Below, piece by piece: positions 11,107 to 20,977 of a DNA stretch of 64,000 nt. The notes under the pieces were generated by a model that did no database searches, was not told the DNA's origin, and saw nothing but the letters and a program-made list of their open reading frames with translations. The position numbers and the translations under genes were made by a program. Within the stretch, counting starts at the first letter, position 1; every line of letters starts with the position of its first letter. The stretch is from an uncultured Nitrososphaerales archaeon (GTDB taxonomy: Archaea; Thermoproteota; Nitrososphaeria; Nitrososphaerales; Nitrososphaeraceae), in the NCBI GenBank assembly GCA_963695855.1, contig CAVOHZ010000002.1, positions 1 to 64,000 of the forward strand. Direction: 5' to 3'.

Positions 11107-11376
11107 CTAACTGGTATAAGACTCATTTTTTTCTGCTGTATACACAGACTTGATTTTCATGAAACCCCTATCTTCCAAAAATAACCAATTTTTTCCACAA
11201 ATAATACAAGTTATTTTTTTCTCTTCACCTATTAATTCAAGCTCATAATGACTACAACGTATTTGATATTCTAATTTTAGTGCTTCCATCTCTTTTATAG
11301 TATCAATATGTCTGACAGAGTTTTCAGTACCTGTATTTTCATGTCTGATGCTGTAAGAAGTGGGATTTTTGGTCAT
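11107..11376 (-). CDS. Hypothetical protein with possible Zn-ribbon
   Basis: C-x-H...CIICG pattern. Confidence 0.45.
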   Translation of the reverse strand: MTKNPTSYSIRHENTGTENSVRHIDTIKEMEALKLEYQIRCSHYELELIGEEKKITCIICGKNWLFLEDRGFMKIKSVYTAEKNESYTS

Positions 11377-11497
11377 AAGAATAAGGTAGAATAGGTCGAA
11401 TATAATATTATTCGACTATTAAAGCAATTAAAAATTTATAATTAAGCATTTCAGTTGAGTCAATATTGTTAATTATCAACATGATTTATTTTTAATA

Positions 11498-11999
11498 ATG
11501 GCTAAAGATTGTTATGTTTGCAAAAAAGGAATCAGGCGCATTCAGTATAATGTTTCCGTATAAGGCTTTTCTTGTACTGAGAATTTCAATACCCAACGGA
11601 ATGTCAGAAGATGATGTTGCTTGTAGACCATGCTTTGATGAAATAAAAGAAGCAGAAAACGGAATGTCAGAAGATGATGTTGCTTGTAGACCATGCTTTG
11701 ATGAAATAAAAGAAGCAGAAAATGAGCAAAGCATAATTACAAGACAACTTCTAGCAAGAACTTCAGATTACAAAAAACAATGGGATAAAAATGGCATAAT
11801 TCAATTGAAAAACGAAAGAATAGCAATACTACAGAGGCATTATGGAGCACAAGTTGAATTTATTATAGCATTTGGTGATTTGACTGCGGAAGAATATGCA
11901 TTGAAGGCAATAGCTGAAGGTAAGACAGGAGACAGTCAGGGTCTTTCAGGTGGCATTAATTCTTATTTCTATTTTCAGAAGAATGACTATATAAAATAA
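11498..11999 (+). pseudogene. Zn-finger-containing hypothetical gene, frameshifted at A-run 11522-11527, with internal 63-bp duplication
   Basis: ATG at 11498 gives MAKDCYVCKK. Removing one A joins it to ESGAFS...CRPC of ORF 11514..11999. Confidence 0.5.
11595..11720 (+). repeat. Perfect 63-bp tandem duplication (2 copies)
   Basis: NGMSEDDVACRPCFDEIKEAE is encoded twice by identical DNA. Confidence 0.95.
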
Positions 12000-12050
12000 T
12001 TGTCTGGAAATATAAGTCGAAACTACATTCTGATATATGTTAATGTTGAC

Positions 12051-12506
12051 TTAATTACAAAAAGGTTTAGCCCATTTCTCATTTTTAAATTCAGAAATGT
12101 CACAATATTCTGTATAGATTTTTGTTAAATTATTCTCTACTAACGCTTTGTTGACATTTATACCGTCACAATATACAACACCTATTTCTCTTCCATACCT
12201 GTCACCTCTACGTTGACCATCATCAATATCAACTTCGCCTTTTTTATTAAGACATAAATTCTTAACAAATTCCCTTGCTTCTTTATATCCATCTTGCCAA
12301 CGTTCGGGTGTATCAACTAATGCTAATCTTATTCTGATATCGTTGATGTCTAGAGTATCACCATCTATAACATAATTTACTATACCCTCAAATTCTATAT
12401 CGTCTTGTTCTTCTCGGTTACTGTATAGATTTGAAACAAGAAGAGCAAAAGAAAAAAGACTTACTATAATGACTGAAAATATTATAAAATATTCTTTCTT
12501 ATTCAA
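12051..12506 (-). CDS. Thermonuclease (SNase-family), membrane-anchored or secreted
   Basis: N-terminal TM; VIDGDT, IRLALVDTPE and DRYGR motifs. Confidence 0.9.
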   Translation of the reverse strand: MNKKEYFIIFSVIIVSLFSFALLVSNLYSNREEQDDIEFEGIVNYVIDGDTLDINDIRIRLALVDTPERWQDGYKEAREFVKNLCLNKKGEVDIDDGQRRGDRYGREIGVVYCDGINVNKALVENNLTKIYTEYCDISEFKNEKWAKPFCN

Positions 12507-12554
12507 CTGAATTAAAAATTTGATATATTATTGTATTTTGAAACTATAAGATGG

Positions 12555-12800
12555 TTATGATTCACATCCTATGCCGTCTCCATCGCGATCAAATCCATGC
12601 GGATCTGGTGACAAAACTGTAAATTTTTTATCTGAAATATCAGTACAGTCAAGATCCGGTGGTGGAGATGATATACATACATCCGGATATGAAGAATCAC
12701 AATCACCAAATTGTGCTTCTATTTTAGTAATAGTAAAAGAAAAAAAAGTTAAACTTGAAACAAACATGACCATCAAAATTGAAGTAATTTTTACTTTCAA
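12555..12800 (-). CDS. Secreted Excalibur-like calcium-binding protein
   Basis: Signal peptide; CDSSYPDVCI...DLDC...DPHGFDRDGDGIGCE. Confidence 0.8.
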   Translation of the reverse strand: MKVKITSILMVMFVSSLTFFSFTITKIEAQFGDCDSSYPDVCISSPPPDLDCTDISDKKFTVLSPDPHGFDRDGDGIGCES

Positions 12801-13294
12801 TGTTAAGTGAAATTATAAAAGAGTAATATTAAAAATGTTCTATAATAATAAATAAATTTTAAAATTCCAATTTAATTGGATTGATAGAGCATTTCGCTTA
12901 ACCCAAACATTTCCATGAGTATTAACTTTAATGAAAATATCTTTGTTTGAACTCTTTAATCATAGAATCAGCTATAACTCTTTTGCAATAATGGTTTGTA
13001 CATTTAATCTATTAACGAACTGTTCTAACTACCCTACTTCATTATCAGGATTATGTCTATCTGTTGTGTTTAGTGTGCCACACTTTGTAGGTCCATTTGT
13101 GTATTTTTCATAGAAATTAAAATGATTTGTCATTTTACTTCTACCCTTTTCATTACAATTTTATTATTATCTAGAGAAAATTTAAAATAATCATTATATT
13201 TGAATTATTTAATTTAAGTGTCTTGATGGATGTGATATCCTTTTAATTACAGATCTAAATTTCTGCATTTCCATATAGAAAATTAGAAGATGGC

Positions 13295-13804
13295 ATGATA
13301 ACATTCATGATGACACTTGACTTAATTGTTAATCAATATCTGAATAATTTTTTTATCTCTTTAACAAGAATTTCGAAAGCAAAATTAAATAAACAAAAAT
13401 CTATTAGTATATCAATGAAATTAACAATAGCAATTCTAGTAATAACATTATTGGTATCATCTTTATCAACGATATTAGTAAATGTTAGTACCGAATCCGA
13501 ACCTAATGTAATGGTATCTCCAGAATGCGGCGAACTTGAAGGCTATTCAATGATACTCAAGGTCAATGGTTTTGAACCAAATGGGAATGTCCAGTGGCAA
13601 GTAGTCCTTCCTGAGAGCAAAACTATTGCCTCATACGGATATTTTGCCACCAACAGTACGGGTGGATTCAATGAAGACGTATTCATTGAAGGTCCATTAA
13701 TCAAAGGATCGTACGAAATTCAATTGTTTAATGATTTAGATCAAGACAGTCTACCTGATAACAATAAGATGCAAAAAATATTAACAATATCAGTACCATG
13801 TTAG
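13295..13804 (+). CDS. Exported hypothetical protein (true start probably MKLTIA)
   Basis: Signal-like hydrophobic stretch followed by a beta-rich domain with two Cys. Confidence 0.55.
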   Translation: MITFMMTLDLIVNQYLNNFFISLTRISKAKLNKQKSISISMKLTIAILVITLLVSSLSTILVNVSTESEPNVMVSPECGELEGYSMILKVNGFEPNGNVQWQVVLPESKTIASYGYFATNSTGGFNEDVFIEGPLIKGSYEIQLFNDLDQDSLPDNNKMQKILTISVPC

Positions 13805-14003
13805 ATACACAATACTATCCATACAGATATGTTAAAATGAATAATTGAAACTTTTATAGAGCCTCAGACCAAAAACTAAGAATATTATAAATATTACATT
13901 AGTTTTTACCGTGAAACATATTCAATCTCACAGATTTTAATATTGTCACTAAATGCATAATAATATACATTTACACAATTAAAAAATAATATAATTGTGG
14001 ACA

Positions 14004-14654
14004 TCATTTTTTTACAAATTGAAATGCAAAAGTATTATTTTCTTTTAGATTTTTATCATATAAAAACTGAGTTGCTATTAATTTTCCGTAAGTTACCATA
14101 TCTCTTCCCATGTTTTTCATACGTTGATTCAAATAAGTATTTTTTAAATTACCTTGATCATCAAAATCATTTTCACCATGTATAGATAGACCATATGGTA
14201 AACTCCACCCATAACATTGACGTACTGTTGTTCTCATATGATCAATGACAGTTAAACCTTTTTCATGTGATGATACTATATATCCAAATAGTTTACCAGA
14301 AAATTCATACCAATAATAATCTAAAAAATTCTTCATTCCACCTGACATTGATCCATGATAGTCAGGTGTGGCCAAAATAAATGCATCAGATTCAATTACC
14401 TCATCATTTATCTTTCTGACATTTTCTGTAATTTCTTTAGGTTTATTTGGACTAAAAATGGGTAACTCTATTTCTCTTAAATCAAGTACACTAATAATTG
14501 CACCGTATTTCTGACACTCTTCAAGAGTCATTTGTAATATTTTAGTACTTGTAGAATTTTTACGTAAACTTGCACCAACTCCTAAAATTTTAAATGCATC
14601 TATTTTTTCATCAATTATATTTACTGGTGATTGCTGGTCTATCCTTATTTTCAT
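14004..14654 (-). CDS. NADPH-dependent FMN reductase
   Basis: ASLRKNS and TPDYHGSMSGGMKNFLD motifs. Confidence 0.9.
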   Translation of the reverse strand: MKIRIDQQSPVNIIDEKIDAFKILGVGASLRKNSTSTKILQMTLEECQKYGAIISVLDLREIELPIFSPNKPKEITENVRKINDEVIESDAFILATPDYHGSMSGGMKNFLDYYWYEFSGKLFGYIVSSHEKGLTVIDHMRTTVRQCYGWSLPYGLSIHGENDFDDQGNLKNTYLNQRMKNMGRDMVTYGKLIATQFLYDKNLKENNTFAFQFVKK

Positions 14655-14877
14655 TTATACAATTTGTTCATTTTCTTATTTTAATTAATCGTGATAATTG
14701 ATTGTATAAAAATAAATACAACTTTAATTTTGAAGTTTGATTTTTAACATATATTTTTTATTATTTTATAAAAATCGTTATACTATATACATATCATAGA
14801 CTATATTGTTCTACGTTAAAAATATATGATAGCTAAAAATATACAATCTTCTTAGCTAGTAGAGGCGTAGTATTATC

Positions 14878-15864
14878 ACGGGTTCCAAATTAAATGACAA
14901 TATTAGTAATCACCAGTCTCTAACTGGATTAAAACAAACATCAAAATTTGACAAAATTTTCAAATGGATTATAATTGGAGCTTCTATCTATACTCTCTTT
15001 ATTTTAGCATTAATAGCTTTTTCAATTGGTGATGGTTCTAAAGAAATTTTTTCAAAGGAAGGACTTGGTTTCATCACTGGTACAGATTGGAATGCAGTAC
15101 CTGGAAGAGAATCATTTGGAGCGTTACCTTATATTATAGGAACTTTGGTTAGTTCTGGCATTGCAATGCTTGTAGGTGTACCAATAAGTTTAGCGATAGC
15201 CATCTTCCTCTCTGAAATAGCTGGAAGCAAGTTGAAAACTTTCTTATCTTTTGTCATAGAGCTATTAGCGGCTGTTCCTAGCATTATTTATGGATTCTGG
15301 GCACTATTTGTATTTAGATTTTGGATGGTAGATTATGTGGAAAAACCTTTACATAATTTATTTGGAGGAACATTACCTTTTTTCGCCAAAACCCCTTTTG
15401 GATTAGATGTTTTTACAGCTGGTGTGGTATTAGCAATAATGATTATCCCTATTGTCTCGTCAATAATCAGAGAATTGTTACTAGTAGTTCCAGATTCTCA
15501 AAGAGAGGCAGCATATAGTTTAGGTGCTACAAGATATGAGACAACAAATATAGCTGTTTTACCATATATTAAATCTGGAATTATAGGTGCTACAATAATC
15601 GGTTTAGGACGGGCTATTGGAGAAACAATGCTAGTCACTTTGATCATTGGAAACACAATTGGATTGAATGCCATACCAACATCTCTTTTTTCGCAGAGTC
15701 AAACTTTGTCTAGTCTAATTGCCAACGAATTCAATGAAGCATCATCAGATCTCCATCTTTCTGCTTTAATCGGTTTAGGAGCAGTTTTACTCATTCTTGC
15801 AATGGTTATCAATGTTGTAGCGCGTGCTATTGTGTTTAGAACGATTAAAATTCAGGAGGAATAA
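14878..15864 (+). CDS. pstC: Phosphate ABC transporter permease PstC (non-canonical start)
   Basis: IELLAAVPSIIYG, REAAYSLGAT and GRAIGETM. The frame is open about 90 codons upstream of TTG 15145, including TM1 and WNAVPGRESFGALP. Confidence 0.9.
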   Translation, partial: TGSKLNDNISNHQSLTGLKQTSKFDKIFKWIIIGASIYTLFILALIAFSIGDGSKEIFSKEGLGFITGTDWNAVPGRESFGALPYIIGTLVSSGIAMLVGVPISLAIAIFLSEIAGSKLKTFLSFVIELLAAVPSIIYGFWALFVFRFWMVDYVEKPLHNLFGGTLPFFAKTPFGLDVFTAGVVLAIMIIPIVSSIIRELLLVVPDSQREAAYSLGATRYETTNIAVLPYIKSGIIGATIIGLGRAIGETMLVTLIIGNTIGLNAIPTSLFSQSQTLSSLIANEFNEASSDLHLSALIGLGAVLLILAMVINVVARAIVFRTIKIQEE

Positions 15865-15872
15865 TGTAGAAA

Positions 15873-16799
15873 ATGTCCGACGATATAAAAAATTCAGAAA
15901 GTCAATACTCAAGTAGAAAAAAAAATCTTGAAGAAATTATGTTAAAATATTCAAAAAAAAGAGTATATGTCAATAAAATACTAACTGTTATATCAATTGG
16001 TTGTGTCATCCTAGCAATAATTCCACTCGCTAGCATTCTCTTTGAGGTAGTGAAAAACGGAGTATCAGCTATCAGTTTTGAATTTTTAGCCAAACCACCA
16101 GGTTCAATCGGATCAGGAAAAGGGGGTATTGGACCAGCCATTCAAGGAACATTGATAGTTGTAGGTTTAGGTTCTCTAATGGCCATTCCTGTGGGCGTAC
16201 TTACAGGAATATATCTATCAGAATATGCAAAAAGTAACAGTAAATTTGCTTCTGCAGTTAGATTCTTTAATGACGTTCTAACAGGTCTTCCCTCAATTAT
16301 TGTTGGTATTGTCGGATATATCACTATTGTCTTGACTATAGGATCTTTTTCTGTTATTGCAGGAGCTTTCTCATTATCATTAATAATGATTCCAATTTTA
16401 ACCAGAATAACTGAAGAGACACTCAAAGTAATACCTAACTCTATTAGAGAGGCAGCTCATTCTCTGGGTATACCAAAATGGAAGATTACTTTATTTATTG
16501 TATTAAAGACTGCCATGAGTGGTGTTATAACAGGAATAGTTCTATCAGTAGCAAGAATTGCTGGTGAGACCGCTCCTTTAATTATGACTATTTTAGGAAC
16601 AAGTCTATTTTTCTCATCTCTTACTGGTCCTGTAGATGCTCTTCCTCTTAGAATATGGAGATTGGCATCTCAACCATACGAATCTGCTCATGCTCAAGGA
16701 TGGGGTGCAGCACTTATTCTAATTATGATTGTATTAACCTTGAATGTCGTTCTACGATTATTGTCTCAACGAAAAAACTTTTCAATTAAAAGTTATTAG
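15873..16799 (+). CDS. pstA: Phosphate ABC transporter permease PstA
   Basis: GGIGPAIQGT, LPSIIVG and ARIAGETAPL motifs. Confidence 0.93.
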   Translation: MSDDIKNSESQYSSRKKNLEEIMLKYSKKRVYVNKILTVISIGCVILAIIPLASILFEVVKNGVSAISFEFLAKPPGSIGSGKGGIGPAIQGTLIVVGLGSLMAIPVGVLTGIYLSEYAKSNSKFASAVRFFNDVLTGLPSIIVGIVGYITIVLTIGSFSVIAGAFSLSLIMIPILTRITEETLKVIPNSIREAAHSLGIPKWKITLFIVLKTAMSGVITGIVLSVARIAGETAPLIMTILGTSLFFSSLTGPVDALPLRIWRLASQPYESAHAQGWGAALILIMIVLTLNVVLRLLSQRKNFSIKSY

Positions 16800-16935
16800 G
16801 CTTTAATTTCCTTCTATGTAGTGTTGTTATGAATAGTCTGATCTAATAATATATTATATAGTCTATATAGATTAGATAGATCTATATTATAAACTAACGT
16901 AAACTATACAAATAGTATTTCTCTTTCTCTAACTA

Positions 16936-18018
16936 TTGCCATTATATTCAGACAGTGGAGAAGTAAGAAAAATACAATTTACTGGGAAATCTACATATGT
17001 ATTATCATTGCCTAAAAAATGGGTAACAGAACTACATTTGAAACCAGGAGACCCAGTTACAATCATTAGAGAACCAGATAATACATTATCAATAATATCT
17101 GATATTGCGAGATTATCAAAAGAGTCAGTTGATGAAGCTACTGTTCAAGTGCTAAAAGATGATAGTGCCAATTCCATAAAACGTAAATTGGTATCCATGT
17201 ATCTAGCAGGATATAATATAATAAATTTAAAATCAAAAGTAGGGAGAATTAATCCATCACAGCGTGAAGCAGCTAGAGAACTTGTTCGTAGAAATCTGGT
17301 AGGTACAGAAATCATTGCCGATTCCTCCGATTTGATAACAGTACAAGTTTTAATTACTCTGCCAGAGCTTTCTGTAAATACTGCAGTAAGACGAATGTTT
17401 CTACTTGCTACTTCAATGCATAAAGATGCGATTCTTGCTTTAACAGAGTTGAACTATGATCTGGCTAATGCTGTTATTAGATCTGATGATGAAGTTGACA
17501 GGTTTAGTCTTTACATATTGAGAAATCTAGTTATTGCTACAAAAAACGAAAGAATGTTAAGTGAAATCGGCTTAAAAAATAGTTCAGATTGTTTAAGTTA
17601 TAGATCAGCCGTAAAAAGTATTGAGAGAATTGCAGATCATGCTTCTAAAATAACTGAACAATGTTTGTTTATAAAAGATGTGATTCCTAATGATATTCTT
17701 GAAAATGTGAAAAAAATGAGCGATCTATCATTACAAGATCTTAATGATTCAGTTGAAGCATTTTTAAGAAGAGATTATTTGATGGCAGATAGAATAGTGG
17801 ATCGAGTTGCAAACGTGAGACTTCTTGAAAATGAAATCGTGTTACTTCTAGATAAATTTGGTGATTCCTTTAATCAAAATAAAATTTACGTTAAACTTGT
17901 ACTCGAGCATCTAAGACGTACTGCAGAACATGCTAGTGACATAGCAGAAGAGGCATTAAATCAAACTATCGGAGAAGTAATAACTATAGAAAAAAGACCA
18001 TCAAGTTACAAGATTTAG
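16936..18018 (+). CDS. phoU: AbrB-domain/PhoU phosphate uptake regulator
   Basis: RKIQFTGKSTYVLSLPKKW (AbrB); DDEVDR and IERIADH (PhoU repeats). Confidence 0.9.
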   Translation: MPLYSDSGEVRKIQFTGKSTYVLSLPKKWVTELHLKPGDPVTIIREPDNTLSIISDIARLSKESVDEATVQVLKDDSANSIKRKLVSMYLAGYNIINLKSKVGRINPSQREAARELVRRNLVGTEIIADSSDLITVQVLITLPELSVNTAVRRMFLLATSMHKDAILALTELNYDLANAVIRSDDEVDRFSLYILRNLVIATKNERMLSEIGLKNSSDCLSYRSAVKSIERIADHASKITEQCLFIKDVIPNDILENVKKMSDLSLQDLNDSVEAFLRRDYLMADRIVDRVANVRLLENEIVLLLDKFGDSFNQNKIYVKLVLEHLRRTAEHASDIAEEALNQTIGEVITIEKRPSSYKI

Positions 18019-18289
18019 ATCTTTGGCAGTTCATATATTATGAAATTTCTATATACCTAAGATATAATATCACATTCTATATCAACATTATTAAAAATAT
18101 CTTTCAAACATAATAACACTAATTTTCTTTTTCTAAACGAAACTTTAAATGAAACTTACGAAAATTTCAGTGTTGTACTTTTATTGTTACTTTTGCTAAA
18201 CATTAATTTTAAGAGTATTGTTGAAAATTATTTTATCTAAAGTATCAAATATACTGAATGCAAAAAAAAATTGGTGTTTTTGTTATTAG

Positions 18290-19381
18290 CTATTGAAGTA
18301 TTGGATTTCCCTTGAATGTCAATGATTTGAGTGTTTCTTGATCAAGTTTTACGACTTGATCAGGCAAAGGAACATATCCTAAATCTGTACCAAATTTCTG
18401 TCCATCAGTAATGGCCCAAGATATAAAATCAACTAATGCCTTGGCTTTGGCCTCATCAATAGATGGATTAGTACCCAGTTCTTTAAAGAGTAACAGATAG
18501 GTGAAGCTTGCTATAGGATACGAATCACTGCCGTGGGCATTGACCACTGAAACATCTTTCCATGAATCAGTACCTTTAGGTAAAGCTGTCGCTGCGGCTG
18601 ATACGGCAGCTGCAGTAGAATTCAAAGATGGTTTTATAAAATTACCCTCCTTGTTTTGAATAGAAGCAGAATCAAGATCGGTAGTCAATTCATAACTTAA
18701 TTCAACATATCCAATTGAATTAGATGTACTTAATACTGAACCACTAACACCCTCGTTTCCTGGAGAACCTACTCCTGTAGGCCATGGAACTGACTTTCCT
18801 TTGCCTATCTCTGCTTCCCATTGTGAGCTAACATTAGATAAATAATCTGTAAATACAAATGTTGTACCAGATCCATCAGATCTATGTACCACATTTATGG
18901 TATCTGCAGGTAGATCTAAATCAGGATTGATCTCTTTGATTTTTGGATCATTCCAATTGGTTATCTTACCCATAAATATTTCAGCAATTACAGGACCAGT
19001 TAATTTGAGCTCCTTATCTGATATCTGTGGCAAGTTATAGGTGACTACAACAGATCCAATAGTCTCAGGAATATGTACTGCACCAGTAACTTTCTTCTCT
19101 TCTTCCTCATTTAACGGAGCATCAGTCGCTCCAAAATCCACTGTTTTTTCTGTAAACTGTTTTATTCCTCCTCCACTTCCAATAGATTGATAATTGATAT
19201 TTACGTCAGGTTTAACATTTTGATATTCAACCCTCCATGTATCTATTAATGGAAATGGGAACGTTGCACCTGCTCCATTTATATTAATCGCTGCGTATGT
19301 TTGTTCTAATATAGTTGGCAAATTTGCTGTCAAGAATACACCAGCTATCAACCACATCAATGGTCTATAGTTATTTTGCAT
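18290..19381 (-). CDS. pstS: Phosphate ABC transporter substrate-binding protein PstS
   Basis: GAGATFP, GSGGGI, DFGATD and HRSDGSGTT motifs. Confidence 0.95.
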   Translation of the reverse strand: MQNNYRPLMWLIAGVFLTANLPTILEQTYAAININGAGATFPFPLIDTWRVEYQNVKPDVNINYQSIGSGGGIKQFTEKTVDFGATDAPLNEEEEKKVTGAVHIPETIGSVVVTYNLPQISDKELKLTGPVIAEIFMGKITNWNDPKIKEINPDLDLPADTINVVHRSDGSGTTFVFTDYLSNVSSQWEAEIGKGKSVPWPTGVGSPGNEGVSGSVLSTSNSIGYVELSYELTTDLDSASIQNKEGNFIKPSLNSTAAAVSAAATALPKGTDSWKDVSVVNAHGSDSYPIASFTYLLLFKELGTNPSIDEAKAKALVDFISWAITDGQKFGTDLGYVPLPDQVVKLDQETLKSLTFKGNPILQ

Positions 19382-19464
19382 ATCCGAGGTACATGACGGT
19401 ATGATTAATATTTTGACATTATAATATCAATAGTTCTATATGAAACTAAACGAAATATTTTTTT

Positions 19465-19935
19465 CTACTTTATATTTCTACTTTCCCAAGGAAAAACAAT
19501 CCAATTTGTATTATTCAAAACTCTTCCTATAATTATATTGTCATCCTGTATTCTATATCTACTTATCAAACATGTAAAATCATATTCAATATTTTTCAAA
19601 TGTTCCTTAATTGCAAGAAAAGTTTTACCGGTATCATATATTTCGTCAATTAAAAGATAATTTTTATTGTTTTTTATTCTATGACAAAATTCATCTGTTT
19701 GAACAGATTTAGTTGAAATAAATTCAATCTCCTTAATTTCTAGTTCTCTTGAAATTAATCTTGCAGGAACGATTCCTCCATTTTTTACTCCAATCACTGT
19801 ATCATATTTTTTATTGCCTTTTCTAATTTTGTTACTAATTATGTCAATAAGATTTTCAATATCGATCCAGCTCAGATATTCCCTAAACAAATCAGTTTCA
19901 AAATTGTTGTTATTCATTTTCTTCATTTGGATCAA
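19465..19935 (-). CDS. Purine phosphoribosyltransferase-family protein
   Basis: PRPP loop LLIDEIYDTGKT; WIVFPWE. Confidence 0.85.
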   Translation of the reverse strand: MIQMKKMNNNNFETDLFREYLSWIDIENLIDIISNKIRKGNKKYDTVIGVKNGGIVPARLISRELEIKEIEFISTKSVQTDEFCHRIKNNKNYLLIDEIYDTGKTFLAIKEHLKNIEYDFTCLISRYRIQDDNIIIGRVLNNTNWIVFPWESRNIK

Positions 19936-20021
19936 ATTTTGAAAGATTTATGCTCATTTCATATATATTTTAAAGGAAAATTGGCTTATTTTTGATATTG
20001 AAACAAACATCTGTTGTTTAA

Positions 20022-20942
20022 TCAATCTATGTTTATGTAGCTAAGCCACTCGGTACTGAATTTGTGGTTGCCTCTTGTTAGATCATCAAATAAACTTTTT
20101 AACTGTAGAGTTATTTTTTCTATACCACCATTTCCTATACGTCTGTTATCTATTTCTCCTACTGCCTTTATCTCAGCAGCAGTACCCGTCAAAAATACTT
20201 CATCTGCTAAATACAACTCATCTTTTGATATATCACGAATTTCAGTAATTATATTATCATCCTTAGCTAATCTTAATACTGTGTCACGTGTTATTCCCTC
20301 TAGTGCACCGGAAGCCGTCGGAGGAGTAATTAAAACATTATTTTTAACAATAAAAATATTTTCCCCGCTAGCTTCAACTACCATTCCATCAGTATTAAGC
20401 ATGAGAGCTTCATCAAATCCGGCTTTTATAGCTTCAATTCTTGCTAAAGCTGAATTCGCATAATTGGCAGTTGCTTTTGCATGAGTAGGCATCGTTCTTG
20501 CATCTATTCTCATCCATCCTGATACCATTACTCTGACTCCATGATTGACATCTTCTTTCTTTAGATATTCATCCCACCTCCATAACGCAATAGCTACAGA
20601 TACCTTATTGCTTAATGGATTAATTCCCATTTTTCCATAACCAAAATAAGCTAACGGTCGAATATAGCATTCATCTATTCTGTTTTTTTTGGTAGTATCA
20701 ATTATCGCATCTTCTATTTGTTCTTTGGAAAATTCAATATTCATGAAATATATTTTGGCACTATTAAGTAGTCTATTTACATGATCTTCTAATCTGAATA
20801 TTGCAGGACCTTTAACAGTATTATAACAACGGATTCCCTCAAATACTGCCGTTCCATAATGTAGAGAATGGGTTAAAACATGTATTTTTGCTTCATCCCA
20901 TTTATAGAAAGATCCATCTATCCAAATATGACCATTATTCAT
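20022..20942 (-). CDS. ilvE: Branched-chain amino acid aminotransferase
   Basis: LHYGTAVFEGIR, KATANY, LEGITR and TGTAAE motifs. Confidence 0.95.
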   Translation of the reverse strand: MNNGHIWIDGSFYKWDEAKIHVLTHSLHYGTAVFEGIRCYNTVKGPAIFRLEDHVNRLLNSAKIYFMNIEFSKEQIEDAIIDTTKKNRIDECYIRPLAYFGYGKMGINPLSNKVSVAIALWRWDEYLKKEDVNHGVRVMVSGWMRIDARTMPTHAKATANYANSALARIEAIKAGFDEALMLNTDGMVVEASGENIFIVKNNVLITPPTASGALEGITRDTVLRLAKDDNIITEIRDISKDELYLADEVFLTGTAAEIKAVGEIDNRRIGNGGIEKITLQLKSLFDDLTRGNHKFSTEWLSYINID

Positions 20943-20977
20943 AACATTTCATTCTTTTCATATCAAATAATTCAAGA

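Noticed and set aside
12880-13135. Possible Cys-containing gene on the minus strand (MTNHFNFYEKY...KCGTLN)
   Set aside because: It is interrupted by stops and has no recognisable family; at most an unassignable remnant.
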